A program made the translations under genes and the position numbers. Shown in pieces: positions 50,567 to 64,000 of a stretch of 64,000 bases of DNA. The notes beneath the pieces are model-generated. The model ran no database searches. It was not told where the DNA came from and saw nothing but the letters and a program-made list of their open reading frames with translations. The number at the start of each line of letters is the position of its first letter. The stretch's first letter is position 1. Source of the DNA: Hydrolagus affinis (lineage: Eukaryota); the NCBI GenBank assembly GCA_012026655.1, contig JAAILG010000145.1:1-64000 (forward strand). The letters run 5' to 3'.

Positions 50567-52276
50567 GTGAGTTGTTTTTTCCTGCTCTCTTAACGATTCT
50601 TGCATTGTCATTGTGATGGCAGGATGAGAGTGTGCGTTCCAATCCATAACAATCTTATCTCTGGGATTTCCATGTGTAGGTGGGATGCATGGAGATATTT
50701 TGCTTGGTTTGGATACTCTGAAACATGGTGATGGGTTTCCACATGTTTCAGACACCCGGCCCACCAAAACAAAATCATTAACAAAAGGAATATGCAGCAA
50801 TCTGCTTGAGACCTAAGATTTGCTGTTTAAACAATTTAAAATTTGGATTGAGTAGTGAATAAATCAAACATTCATGTCATTCTAATGATCATTTAATGAA
50901 TCAGTTAGCTATTTTAATAAATGTAAAAAATTCCAGGTTTTCATTATATTTCAAAAAGGCTATTAAATACAAATTGTAGATTCAATGCTGATGCCATGAT
51001 TTGTCCAGACGGTATAATCATAAAATAACATGAACTACTGTACAATGCAATTTGATGCTGTAGTGGTAAAAGCACAAGTTAATCTCATCCAAGTAACATA
51101 AAAACCTTAAATTGCTATATGCCTACAAAACAACTATAAATTTTAATAATCTTACATTGCTACAAAATACTGACACAGTGTGATTTCAGAGCACTGTAAG
51201 GAGTAGCTCATGTTGTTAAATCACCGTTTATCCAATCAGTTTCTGCTTCGCTCCACATTAAAAAAAAACTAAAATCCCAGTTAAAGCTCCGCATTCTGCT
51301 TTGCTGAAATTGCCCCCACAGATAGTAACCATCCGTGCCACATTCCTGTGTCTAAAAATTACCGAAATATTAGTTGGTTATTTTCAGCAAAGTGATTTAG
51401 ATAACACTTCACAGCTGAATTGGAACAGAATTACATCATCAATATACTATGCATCACAGAAATCCCAACAGGATACATAACACTTTACTGCTTAGAAAAA
51501 TAAGTTACATCACCTACCTACTATGCACAGCTGAAAAGCCACATTAGTAAACAATGAGAGTAAATAGTGCATCTCCAACAACTGAACCATTCCAGATTTG
51601 AAGTTAAAGTTGCCTATATAGTTCATCAGTCCATTAGTATTTCAAGCACAACACACATTATTAACTCTCTCTATTCCAATTATTTCCCAATATGGCTTCC
51701 GTCGGTCTTGTAATACAGAGCGAGGACAACAGCCATATTGCTCATCACTATTAAATTCAAGTAAATATGTGAAACCAATTCTGCAAAATAAGAACACTGG
51801 AATTCCCAGTAAAATATTTGCAACCATTGTTTGTTTGTGTGTACGTTTGCGTGTGGAGAGGGCATTGTTCGTTGCACCAGAAAATATTTTTGTTTCCATT
51901 GAATTTTCATTAACAGAACAAGAAAGCAACACAGGTCCAACTATATTTCTGTCAGGGAAGCAATCGAGAGTCTCCTTCCAAGCTATTATCTTTTCTTCCC
52001 CAACCCTATAGCTACAGACAAAAAAAAAACACAAGTACTGTGAGGTTGATACAGTCACTTTGTATCAAGATGTGCTGTTTTATATCATGCAAGCAAAACA
52101 CCACCAATAATACACCGCCCAATAATCCTAAAAAGTCGAGCAATCCGATTAATCGGGTCACAGATAAACAGGCTTCTACTGTATTATTATTAATGTGAAA
52201 TTTCAAATCTTTAAATTTGCCAATGTTGTCATCTCTGACATTAACTAATAATGTCTTTTCTTCTAATATACTGTAG

Positions 52277-52375
<99 letters not shown>

Positions 52376-52952
52376 CAACGATGCATTCATCAATGAAAAT
52401 CAGGGTAGAAACACAGCAGACGGACGTCCAGTTTCTGCAGTAAACAAAAGTCGAGCCCACGCAATGAATTGTGTAAAGATGATGATGGTGTCATCACAGG
52501 ATACGTCAGTCAAGCAAATGATGACTATTAATGTACTGACGTCTGGCCAACAGGTCCTGCTACAACAGAGCAACGCACTGACATCATAACCATCACTAGC
52601 CCATGCATAACAATGTGAAATGTAAAGTTCAGCCACTAAAGACCTTAATATGATATAGCGATAGTCTGTGCTTGGAAATCTCTGCATGCAGTAGGTAGTT
52701 TCTAATGTAGTCTTTAGTCCTGAAATGCTGTGGAAAGCATGATTTTAAACTGTCCAAGGGAGAAAAATCACTTGTAAAATAACCTTAATTTTGTACTATT
52801 ATTGCTGTTCAATATCCAAAGCAAAGGTATCTTCTATTTGTGCAGTACTCCAGTCTCAAGGATGCACTAAACAGTAACAGTAAAGAACCACAGTGGAAGC
52901 TTTGCACTCAAACCTGTGGAATAGCATACAAAGAATGTCTCAGTGCTAATGC

Positions 52953-52958
52953 AATAAA
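52953..52958 (+). terminator. Candidate proximal polyadenylation signal AATAAA
   Basis: AATAAA about 580 nt after the stop codon. Confidence 0.35.
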
Positions 52959-54425
52959 GTAAACACATTAGCTGTAAATGAGCTCGGCTAGTTCTGGAAC
53001 AGCAGCTATTGTAGAATATGTACATAAAAAGGACAGTGTTTGTTTTTTCATTAGCTTGCCTTGATATTTTAAAAGGTTTTTGCACACTAAAAATTTAGCA
53101 ATGGTTTCTTATTTTTTTTTACAGTTAATACTTTTTTTTAAATGAAGAGTTCAAAAGAATATTTGTGTTACCGCCCTACTGAAGTATGTTCAACCTGTAA
53201 CACTGCTATCTGCTGCAGACTTTTCAAATTTAATCTAGCTTGTAATCTGTTCCTTCGTGTCTTTTAGCATGTTTATTACATTTGTACTTTAAAGGAGTTG
53301 TATATATGGCATAATTTGGTTATAATTCGCTACTTTGAATTGCTGGCTATAAAATGAACCTAATTTTTAACAAACCAAGGTGCACTCGCAATTTAAAGGT
53401 CATTTAGTAATTTATAACCACTTGGGACCAAATGAAATATCATGCACAGCTAAAGTGTGCATTTCCTTGTGAGGCACAGATCTAAAATTTTCCACATATT
53501 CATACTTGCATATCGTCGTGAAGAGAATGAAATACAATTTCTACAATTCCCACACTATTGACTTTGCTAATGTTTGTCAATCAATAGCCTCAAACTGCAC
53601 ATAATCTTTAATTTTGTGGAAAGTGTTTGTATATACCGTACATCTGCTTTGTAAAATACTGATACAATATTGTGCAGTTTTTTGTTGAATTAAATGCTTC
53701 AATACTAATTTTACAATCCGTTTTATGTAAATTGTTTGATGTAATCATTTGCGTTTTTGTGACCCATTTATATTGATGCAACTTGTAATACAATGACTGT
53801 CAGAAATGTACTACGAGTAAGTATCGCTTCTATTGCACTACCAAAGGTTTCTTAAATTCTCTCTGTACTTAGCATGGGCCGTGCTAAGTACAGAGCATGG
53901 GAGGACTTGGGAGGCTAGTTGAGATTATAAAAAGATGTTGATAGTAATAATTTTTATGGGTGAGGACCTTGAAATCTGCTGAAAGACAGAGAGCTACTGG
54001 AGAATGTACATATGGTGACCTTCCTAAACCCCTTTCCCCTTTCTTCAACCTCCATCCCAACCCGTTCTGCACTTGCCATGATATTGTAAAAAATCTTCAC
54101 AATATTATTTTAGGTGCAGAATGCTATATAATTGCAAACTGTTGGTTTCAATGCTCTTAAAACCATAGTGAGGTGTTTTTTTTCCATGTGTCAGACATCC
54201 GAACAACCACAAAAATGGGATGGGAGGAAAAGGAGGGTTTCCACATACATTACGAATTTGGAATTTCTTTTGCAACACAAATAATAGGTGCATGTTTAAT
54301 TTGTAAAGTTTTCCAACCAAGAAAGAGGTTAATTAATTATGTCAGTTTGGTGACCACATTCTGTCTTGATTGCTTTGTATTGTCTACCTTAGAAAAAGAG
54401 TGGTAAAGCAGCATTCTTGTCTATG

Positions 54426-54431
54426 AATAAA
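54426..54431 (+). terminator. Candidate distal polyadenylation signal AATAAA
   Basis: AATAAA at the end of an AU-rich, largely repeat-free 3' UTR-like stretch. Confidence 0.5.
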
Positions 54432-56849
54432 GCTTAAAATAACATAAGTTTGGACATCAATAGTCAAAACCCCAAACAAGCTTGGAATTTTGAATTTCCT
54501 TTGAACAAGATTGTTCCACCCACAACAAAGAGGAATCAATCGACGACAAGTCTGCTGATGGAAGAAAAATAACTGAGGACAGTCATATATTACTAGACCA
54601 CTCCGTTATTTTGTTTTGAAAGTATGTTCATTCTTCAAACATTGTGAAATAATCCTTTGCTGCCATTACTGTAGATGACATGGCCTCAAGGGAACGTCAA
54701 GAATGAAAGCAAGCTTACTGTGTAAAGGTCATCGGAATTGTTTATGCACAAAGCTCTCTCACTATCCTTGTGTTTACAACGACAACTTGAGTTTATATAG
54801 CGTCTTTCACGTGGGTAGAGTCTTCTAATGTTTAGTACGTAAAACAAGCCAGATCACTACTTTTATTAATGATAAACAGTAATGAGTAAGTCTAGTACAG
54901 TACGGCACTAATGTGTGTATGGGGGAGGGTGGAGGGGGATGGGGGTACTCTGCCTGGCATTATAATTCCATAGCTTCAAAAATATTCTTTAAGGAATCTG
55001 ATCCTATTGGTGTCTCCATTATTTTGCTCACATTGTTGGCATGATTTATTTGTACTTTCTGTTCTTTCTACAAAAGCATTGATTGCTTTGCTTCCGGAGA
55101 CTGCTACAGATTAACAATAAAGGCAGGCTTTTAAAAGCCTCTTTTCAACTACTGAAAAATATTTTTTTCAAAATAGTCACTGCGAGCTTCCAAAATGGAT
55201 GGGAATGGCTACAAAACAGGAGAAAGATAAGGAACAAAAATTAAAAATTAAGAAAGAGGAAGTAGAAAAACATATAAAGTAATTTTACCATTAAAAAGTA
55301 CAGACAATTGAAGAGAAAGGAACGAGAAAGGAAATGATATAAAAGAAGACACTTTCAAAAGTTTATTTTAAATTTTGGATTTGTTCTAGTAGCTAGATTG
55401 ATTGAGGTGCTATCTCTAGTACTTTATTGATTAAATAGTCTTTATAATATTGATGTTTTCTAAGCATTAGTGCATAAGCTGCAAAACTAATAACTGGTCC
55501 ACCCCAGAGAAGAAGTTTATTTGGGCCGACAGCCCAAATAAAAGTTAAAGGATGGAAAAATGGAAGATGAAGTTCCTCAATTTATGCTGCTTGTCATAAC
55601 TTCTAACTTATTCCATTAGTTATCAATTGAAACATCCTCTAAAAGATTAGTCTTATTCATTAGTTGATTGCTCAACAGCGTGTACTTTGCGAACTCCTAT
55701 AGTGTTTTCTAATCCCGTGCTTTGAATGAGTATTCATGTTAATATCAACATTTCAAAAGCATTTTGGATTATGGCAAGAAATCTGCTTCTGCAAAAAGCT
55801 TAGTTTGTAAATAAATCGTGAACCTCCAAAATACTTTGAATCTACAATGACAAATGTAACTGACCAGCATGAAATCATTTATGTAAATAATTAAATTGCT
55901 TCACCGGGTAAATTTGCCAACATTGTGGAATCCTATTTACATGTGGTGCAAATTAAAACTGTTGGAATTTGCACTATGCTTGTGAAATTATATAACCATC
56001 GTTTATTTGCACTTGTTTGCTAAGTTTTCATTTCTTCACCAGGTGAGATAGACAAAGCTGTATAAACAATATCTTGAGGACTGTGTCCAATTATTACTGA
56101 CAAAACATCCCAGAGGTCATGATTAAATAGTGTATCAACTACTCCCTGGCATTTATAATTGTGGATGGGTCCAGAATACTACCATCTTTCATTTTCATTA
56201 TAAATGACAAGGATCCAGTTCCATTTCAAAGTGCCAGAATATCGGGCTCCCCTTCAGCTTTTTGGATGCCTTCAGGCATCTGTGAAATGCCTGTCTGCCA
56301 TGGCAGCTCAATTGATGCAGATGTGCCAGCTGTATTAATACTTAGACAACTGGCTCATCAGAGGCTGTGTGTGCTGAGACGCCACTCAGGCGGCTATATA
56401 GCAGGTCCTTATGTTCCAGGAACTTAAGATTGCATTTCTCATCAAGAGGTCTAATCTCCAGCCAAAGCAGAAAACGACTTACCTTGGGAGTCTTATTTCA
56501 CACGTCTGTGGATATGAGTTTACTGTTTAAGGGTCCGCTTTCATCTTCGGTGTTCAATGACGGGTTTCTTCTCGTTGGAAAGATTCCTGAATCTAAGAAC
56601 ACAAACTTGTGTTCTCAGTCTAAGGTCGGAGCCCATCTTTAGGGTTCTGAATACAAGACTCTTTGTGTTTGCACCCACAGTTTTCTCAATTGTTTAAAGT
56701 TAGGTAAGGGATTTGGGGTAAAAATCCTTTCTACAAACCTAGAGTAGCCATATCTTTGCCAGATTTGCCAGACAAATACACTGGTTCTATTTTTTTCCCA
56801 TCAGAAGTGATCCACCACAAGGCAAAGCTGAAACTGCTCAAGATTTACA

Positions 56850-57130
56850 TATAGTATATGTATAGAAATAGTGCTTTATGTCAAAACATCTCAAAGCCTG
56901 TTACAGGAGCTTTACTGTGAGGCATAGTGACTACTTATAGGTGAAAACAGTGGCCAAATTATGCTCAGGAATATGCCACAACTAACCATTATTATTTTTT
57001 ACCTGGGGATTGTTGATCAAGACAATCGGGAAACGCCTTTCTCTTTTGGAACAATATGATGGGATCTTTGTGATGGGATCCACCTGAACAGGCAGATAGG
57101 ACCGACTACACATTAGAGGTGTTCTGATTT
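56850..57130 (-). mobile_element. Old Deu-domain SINE fragment
   Basis: Minus strand reads ctatctgcctgttcaggtgga..aaagatccca..tattgttccaaaagaga, as in 17010-17405. Confidence 0.55.
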
Positions 57131-60100
57131 GCAGAGTCAAGACAAGCCACTGATGCCTTTTGCTAGAAATGGCCAAAAGTAACGCTCAGCATAGTTTGTT
57201 GGAGGAACATAGAAAAACAAGTCATTTTAGCAACTCATCCTATTCTCCAAACAAATGAGTCAGAAAAGCATTTAATTTAGCAATTCACTTCTATACTCCA
57301 AACAAACTAAACCAAAGACATCTATCAAAACATAGTGCCTTTTAAGACAACTGCAGAACCCATATTTGTAACTTGGCATCCACATTTATTAAACTGCTCA
57401 GGCCAGACTGAATTTTGATGGGTTCATCGTTTGCATACAAAATATTTGGTGCACTAACCGGAGACTTTTACCAAATAAAACTGGCTCCTTCACACAGCGT
57501 TTCTTTTTTAAAAAAAAAACATTGGGCATGTAACATCACAATAACTACAATCAATTTTTTTGTTTTTTTAAAAGTTTGGCAAAGTGGTGGCTAGGTTATA
57601 GCAGTGCTCCAGTAATAACCTACACTCTGGGAAGCCAGGTTCCAATCCTAGTATCATTTTAACAGTGGGACACAGCTTCCCGTGAGAGAGTTTGGCTACT
57701 TCTTATCAGGATCACTTACTGAGGGCAATGGGTGGAGGGGGGAAGAGAGAAATCTCTCCTGCCCACTGTGTTACCAGGCATCATCATCCTCTCTGACTGG
57801 CTGAAGGCAGGACGAGCACATGAACCAACAGACAGAAATATAAACACAACGTGGGAAATAATATTCAAGAATTAGCAGATTACATTTTGTTCCTGAAATA
57901 AGTGTGCACTCATACATTTGAAGGTTATCGTAGCTGGAGACTGAAACACTTTATAATTTTGTCACACTGTGACAAGCACCTAATAATGAGGTATGTATGT
58001 TAACAACTAACATAACTTGTTATAAGATAGTCAAGCTAATTCCACTGTGTTGAACAATGTACCTAATCCCAAATTTAAAAAAGCACCCAATACATCTTAG
58101 ACCAGTGTTTTCATGGCTCTCAGTAAGAATGCTAGGCAGTGCCAAATTTAACTGCAACTGCAGAAGCTTGATTTATCTGCTTGAACTCATTTCACACAGG
58201 ATTCCTTCAGTAAGGTGAGGCTTATTAGTCCGTATCAGATTCCAGACATGAAAGATCCCTGTATTATGCACCATTAAACAGATAAGACAGTCGGTGACTT
58301 TGTGAAAAACATTCTATTTTGCATTAGAAACATTGGCGTTTGATATTAACACTTAGTTTACAGTACAGAAAGAGGTATTGCTAAAGTTGAAACCTTTCAA
58401 ACCCTGTATTCCAATCAAAATCACCTCTCCAATCCAGGAACCTCCTACTTAAGTTGAACGTCATACAAAGGCTTTCAACTGGCTTCAGCACCACATAATA
58501 TTTCCATACTCCATGCCGAATCTTTACTTTGCAAAAATAGCAGCATCAGGTAAAAACATTAGTAATAATAATACTTGCAATTTGATATAGCACCTTTCAG
58601 AAGGAAATCTCAAAGTGCTTCACAGGATATACTGCAAAGGCTAGAGTCCTCTTCAATCGTACTTATGGCCACATGAACTGGTGTGGGAGCCAAAGGAGTT
58701 GTGGAGGGAAGCATGACTGAAGGCGCGGTCAAAGAGGAAGGTCTTGAATGAGGTGTGGGAGTGAGGTGAGGGAGTGAGTCGGGGGACTCTGGGATGAAGA
58801 ATATTGCTGCTAACTAATTTTATTCATTGTTGGACCATCATGGCTGGCAATGGGATGAGAGAAGGCACTGTATGATAAGTCGCTGTATCAAACGCAAGGA
58901 TTATTATTATACCCTAGATCTTAGAAATGAAGATAAAATGTGTTATCTTGACTACCACCAAGTCACCTCTCTACTCATTCATTGAAAGGACAGGCAATAG
59001 AGATGCTTCTTATTTAAATGCAGTTTGTTGGCAGTGGACAAAATTTGACTGTAGACGATCGGACAGCAGTCAGGACCAGTCTGAACTCTCAGTGGCCTTT
59101 CTCTGGACACAACGGGACATTGAGGTCAGGACCTTGGAATTATTGGGCAAGAGTACAAGATTGCACAGAGGGTTTTTATTGATTTGAAATAAAATAAATA
59201 CACAAAGTATGCTTCATTTCCTACGCTAATAACTATAATCCTTGCATCTGCTTTCATGACAAACCCATTCTTCCTGATTGCACAAGTTAGAGGAAGTCCG
59301 TAGAACCAGAACTCTATACGTCAAAAAAATTGGTGAACGTGCCAAAAGAAAGACAAAACATCGCCTCTGCATGTCACTGTCATGTCATGTCGTAGCCATT
59401 TCATAGCCTTGGACAAATAATTGATATCAAACACAGCAGCTGCCCTCCACTGGTGAAAATATTACCTACAAGACACCTGCTCTTTTGGACCAATGAATCT
59501 CCATGTGCTCCCAATCTTGGCAATACAGACCACACAAATACAATACAGATAAGTCTAGAGTGTGGAACACACAGATGCTCGTCGGGAACTAAACAGATGC
59601 TTGTGTTTATGTGTAGGATCGAGTTTCCTTTTCCCTTCTACCTTGACTGAGGGAACAAGGTTAACGGTTAATTGTGGGAATCTGTATTATCAGGATCTGA
59701 ACTGATGCCATTGAGCACACAGTTACTATGTAATCTTTGCACTGTCGGACAAACCATTCAATCAGTATACACCGTAATCTCTGCACTTCAGAAAACAGCA
59801 CTTAATCATTATATTCTGCACTACAGGATATTGAGGACAGGAACGTGGAATTATCTAACACTGGACACAGCAAAAGTCACTAAAACTGACCTCTGCACTG
59901 CGTTTATTTTGCAGCCTAGAGTTTCTTTTTTTCACACACACAACCAAAGCACTAATCCCCCCTCCAATCTCTCCTCTTTTCTGAAGGAGCTGACAGTGGC
60001 AAGGGTACGGTCACATCAGTTCCTGTCACCCTTTGGTACATTGCCCAGACCTGCATTCTTCACAATCATTTCCACGTCGTGTGTCTGTGCGAAACTACAT

Positions 60101-60844
60101 TGCAGCCAATCCCAAAGCTGCCCCCATTTAATAATATGTACTTTGCAACACGGTTCACCAGATAGCTGGTTCAGAGACATGATCTTTTGTATGCATGACT
60201 TTTCCCCTCCCTAGCTCAGATGATTCTGAGGCCAATTATAGCAATTTCTGCACTTGCTTAAATCAGTAAGTTAAACACAACCCTGTTCTATGATTCTTTG
60301 TAGTACTGTAGATTGAGATATTGTGGACTAACAACAACTTAAAGAATGGTTTAAAACCTAATGACTCCTCTTTTAGAGCAGAGTTTAGATATTGCTTATT
60401 GGAAATTTTAGGCAGCTATATTGATTGTAATTGAATTGATGTATTTTTCAACAATTAAATACACAGTCAATCCACTTTACAATATATTCTGTGAAGCTCT
60501 TTACGATGTCTCATCAATGCAATAAGGCACTATACAAAAAGGAAGGATTATTATTGTCATTGTTATTCGGTTGCACTTGCAATAATGTGCGCGATTTGCA
60601 CTTTTTAGGTAGGAGGAACTTCTCAAAGAAGAAAAGATTAAAACAAATGGGCAGTAAAGCAAAGTTATTTTAATAATGTGGAAACATAAATTGCATTTGG
60701 AGTTCCAGCATTTTTTTTCTCTAAGATATTTAGGATACCCAAATTGTTTTCCTGAATCTGCTGCCACAAATTGTACAAGTGCCCCACATCGCCACCATGT
60801 GGAAACATCTGCACATTTGTTTCTTTTAGGTTTTTAAGAATTTC

Positions 60845-61460
60845 AACAACAAATTACATTTGCTTAGCGCCTTTCAGGTCAGAAAGACGTCCCAAAGAGC
60901 TGGACAGTCAGGATGTGCACCCAAGCTAGGGATTGGATAAGGAGGGGTGGAGTGCAGAGAGGGTGAAGATAGGTATCGTCAAAGAGGTCTTGAGGAGCCT
61001 TAAACGTGGCAGAAGGGTTCTGGGATGGAGTTCCAAAGGATGGGGCAGAAAGGCTGAAGTCCCAATCGCTGTTGGTAGGGCAGGGAACATGGAGCACACC
61101 AGAGTCCATTGAGCGGAGAGAGCCGACAGGCCAAGAAGGGCTTTGAAAGCGAGACCGAGGACTTTGAACTCAATCCTTTGATAATGGGGAGCCATTGAAC
61201 CAGGTGAGGATAATACCAACAATCCTCACATTTGATAGAACGCCTCAGCATGTCACTGAGATGTCTCAAAGCGCTTCACAGAATATACTGCAAAGTGGAA
61301 TGACTGGATTTTGTGGACAAAATGCAGCAGCCAATAGCACACAGGGTGGTGGTGATGGGAAGATGTAGCCTGGTGCGAGAGAGGACATGAGCTGCTGAGT
61401 TCTGAATAATCAGCAATTTGTGGAGCGAAGAATAGGAAAAGCCAACAAGCAGAGAGTTAG
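60845..61460 (-). mobile_element. L2 LINE 3' fragment split by a SINE piece (about 61208-61345)
   Basis: Minus-strand peptides LLVGFSYSSLHKLLIIQNSAAHVLSRT..PIT / WLP..QRIEFKVLGLAFKAL..SAPSF, ending in an L2 tail. Confidence 0.85.
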
Positions 61461-62566
61461 CATGGTTTCTTTTTAAACGTTTCTTTTGTTTAAAAAAAAG
61501 TTCAAAATCATTTGACATGTATGAGAAGGCAAAACAGTGTCAAATTATTTCTGCTGTTTTGTCAGGGAGCACATTTGCAAAATTATGACTGCAGTAGTAG
61601 CATAAGTGTGAGGTTACAAGAAACATTTTCCTATGAAGGATAATGAAGGCATTGAGACATGTGTAACCACAAGCGGGTTGTGTTGAAGCCAGTCAACCAC
61701 AACAGTTTAAACAATATTGGTTTTCAATTTAATAATAAAAATGGAAACAGGATTGGCAAAGATGCATCCAGTTGGGGGGTTGTGGGGGGAGAGAAAGATA
61801 GGAAACAGCACGTTTCACATGAGGCTAATTGCCCTCCTTTCATACTTTTTTGAATAAGATTCCAAACGACAGCGGATTCATGATCAGTTTCTGCTGCTAA
61901 AATGGAAACTTTGATTCAAGGTTTGAAAAAATATAATCTGCTGCTTACAACGCAGTTTGTGGTTAAAATGTGATATGACATGAAGTCGCTGGGGGTGGGC
62001 GGGGAGGCTGAATGGGGAGGGGTTACAGATCACATATTTTTCATATGATTATTTTGAGTGGGAGGGTGGAAGTGGTGGTAAGGATCTGTTTCTGGGATAA
62101 TAACTTTGGATTCATTTATTTTAGAAATGCTGCTTCAAGTGATTTATTTCCCAAAATAGAATGTCCCAAATGTTTAGGATTTGATCATGTTTTTTTTCTT
62201 TTGGTTTTCTTCTTATGGGGAGTGGGGTGGTGGTTTGACTGGATCTCAGCTCGAACCTCAAAGGGAGGAAAAGGGTTCACACAAGAACACACAAGATCAG
62301 TTTGGATGAAGAAGACCTATCTGATTTAAATCTTTCCAGAACATCGACCCTATGGTCCTCCCATCACAGAATCAAGCTTTTTTTTAAAAACAAATGTCCT
62401 GTGTCTTGGCCTCAACTACCTTCATGACAACCTGTTCTAGTCATTAATTTCTCTAGGTAAAGAAAAACCTCCTGTTGTGTGTCCTGAAGTTGCCCTTTGC
62501 AACTCAAAACCTGTAGCCTCTTGTTCTACTATAAATATTGTTTTGTTCCACCCCGAATTCTTCGAC

Positions 62567-62705
62567 CTCCCCTTCGTGTTTCACCCCCGCCCAAACACTC
62601 CCCTCCCAGCTCGGGTCACACGCCCCCTGTGCAGCGCCTTGGGACGTCCTCCCGACGTGAAAGGCGCTCTATAAATGTAATTTGTTTGTTTGTTTTGTTT
62701 TGTTT
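62567..62705 (+). mobile_element. L2 3' end (young copy)
   Basis: About 3 mismatches over ~120 bp against positions 1-120. Confidence 0.85.
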
Positions 62706-63849
62706 TGGATTTCCATTCTCAATCTCATTTTTAAAAAATTCCACATATGGTTGAATTCACTATCACAAATTCACAAATGGATCCCTGAAAGATTCAGATG
62801 AACTGCTTTGAGGCAATTCCATGTAATAGAGAATTTAGGATCTTATTTTTAAAAGTTCATTGGTATTTTGAGTACATATAGGTACTCCATACTCCAATAA
62901 TTGTCCATTATCCTCCTAGGTTCCAAGGTGACATATTTGGGAATGAAATATCAGAACAAAGCCACACAGCATGGTGATGGCTCCCACATGTGTCAGACAC
63001 CTGGTTGAACAAAAAAAATGTCCATTGCAGTCCTATGTAATTGAGTCATTCAATGATCAACCATCGATTGTTGTCTTAAAATGTCATCACAAAGCAAAAT
63101 AAAACACAGTGCAGGCATTTGGTTTCAAGAAGACAGAAAGGGGGAAAGAATCCATTTAAAAGCACTGCCAAGATAAATCAATGGTCTTTTTAATTTGAAT
63201 CTTTGTTTACCGAATAACATTCCTTGAGGTTTATAATTACTGCAATGTCTTAGGAGGTTAGAGGCCCAAGAGTTTTCTAGAAAACATTGGAGTCTGTTAG
63301 TTTATTATGAAAAATAACTGCATCTTGAAGAGTGAGGTGTAGCCGCATGTTTCTTACAATAAGTGATTTGTTTCGAGTGAACCTTCGAAAATGGAATTAA
63401 CCTTTTTTTTTAATCAAAAATCTCTGCAACATGTTGGTATCATGCTTTTTCTCAAAATTCTCTTAAAGTCACTAGAAGTGACAATTGTGAACAAAAATCT
63501 TGTTGCTGACTTTTCTAAATCATGGGAGTTGTATAAATAGTTACAAATTACAATGTAGAGGTAGGACACAGAATGAGATTTACAATTCTCTCGCAAATAT
63601 GTACAGCAGCCAGCTGGCCTGTCTGATTGACCCAAGAGGAATCTCCTTAACTCCATTTCTGATTGTTCCTAGACTAACACTGAATGTTGCAAAGCTCAAC
63701 CATGATAAATCAATGCATGTCATAGCTACAAACGTAAAAGTGGGAACACAGGTACAAAAGCCCATAGAGAAGAAGGCAAGCAGGATTCTGTCTTTTATGT
63801 TCAGGTGCAATGACAAGCAACTACAGAAGTTACAGTTCTACACAATATT

Positions 63850-64000
63850 GGTTGGACAATCCCTCCGCCTTGTTTCCTCCCTTTCCTCTTTCAAGGCCGG
63901 TTTGAAGACTTTCCTTTTCGACCGTGCCTTTTGTTCCCCCCCTAATTTTTCGACCTCCCCCATGCTTTTTACCCCCTCCCGAACACTCCCCTCCCAGCTC
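63850..64000 (+). mobile_element. L2 ORF2 C-terminus and 3' UTR, running off the window
   Basis: Encodes SLRLVSSLSSFKAGLKTFLFDRAF, a typical L2 C-terminus, then acactcccctcccagctc as at 29-46. Confidence 0.8.

Noticed and set aside
59672-60214. Longest ORF in the track (180 aa)
   Set aside because: Non-ATG start, no recognisable domain, no convincing exon structure; consistent with chance
54500-64000. Expected convergent neighbour SWAP70 (human synteny)
   Set aside because: No SWAP70-like coding exon recognised on the minus strand within the window

Overview
AT-rich vertebrate genomic DNA containing the 3' two-thirds of a + strand SBF2 (MTMR13, myotubularin-related pseudophosphatase) gene. 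I traced 24 constitutive coding exons with consistent splice phases from 1224 to the stop at 52375 (3684 nt, about 1227 aa: SBF2 domain, GRAM, inactive myotubularin domain, coiled coil, PH, C-terminal ...SCISDA*), plus two symmetric cassette exons and a 3' UTR to about 54.4 kb. The 5' (DENN) exons lie upstream of the window. Introns carry tRNA-derived SINEs, Deu-domain SINEs, L2 and CR1 LINE fragments and Penelope-like ends. This repeat mix suggests a cartilaginous fish, probably a chimaera (inference). There is one 100-N assembly gap. Most ORFs in the supplied track are spurious. Best leads: a GC-AG intron with a candidate poison exon, a candidate third cassette exon, an intronic CCAAT/GC-box promoter-like island, a ~100-bp hairpin with decayed hammerhead ribozyme cores, a W->M change in the dead P-loop, and possible antisense non-coding exons beyond the 3' end. 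No prokaryotic-type system is present.
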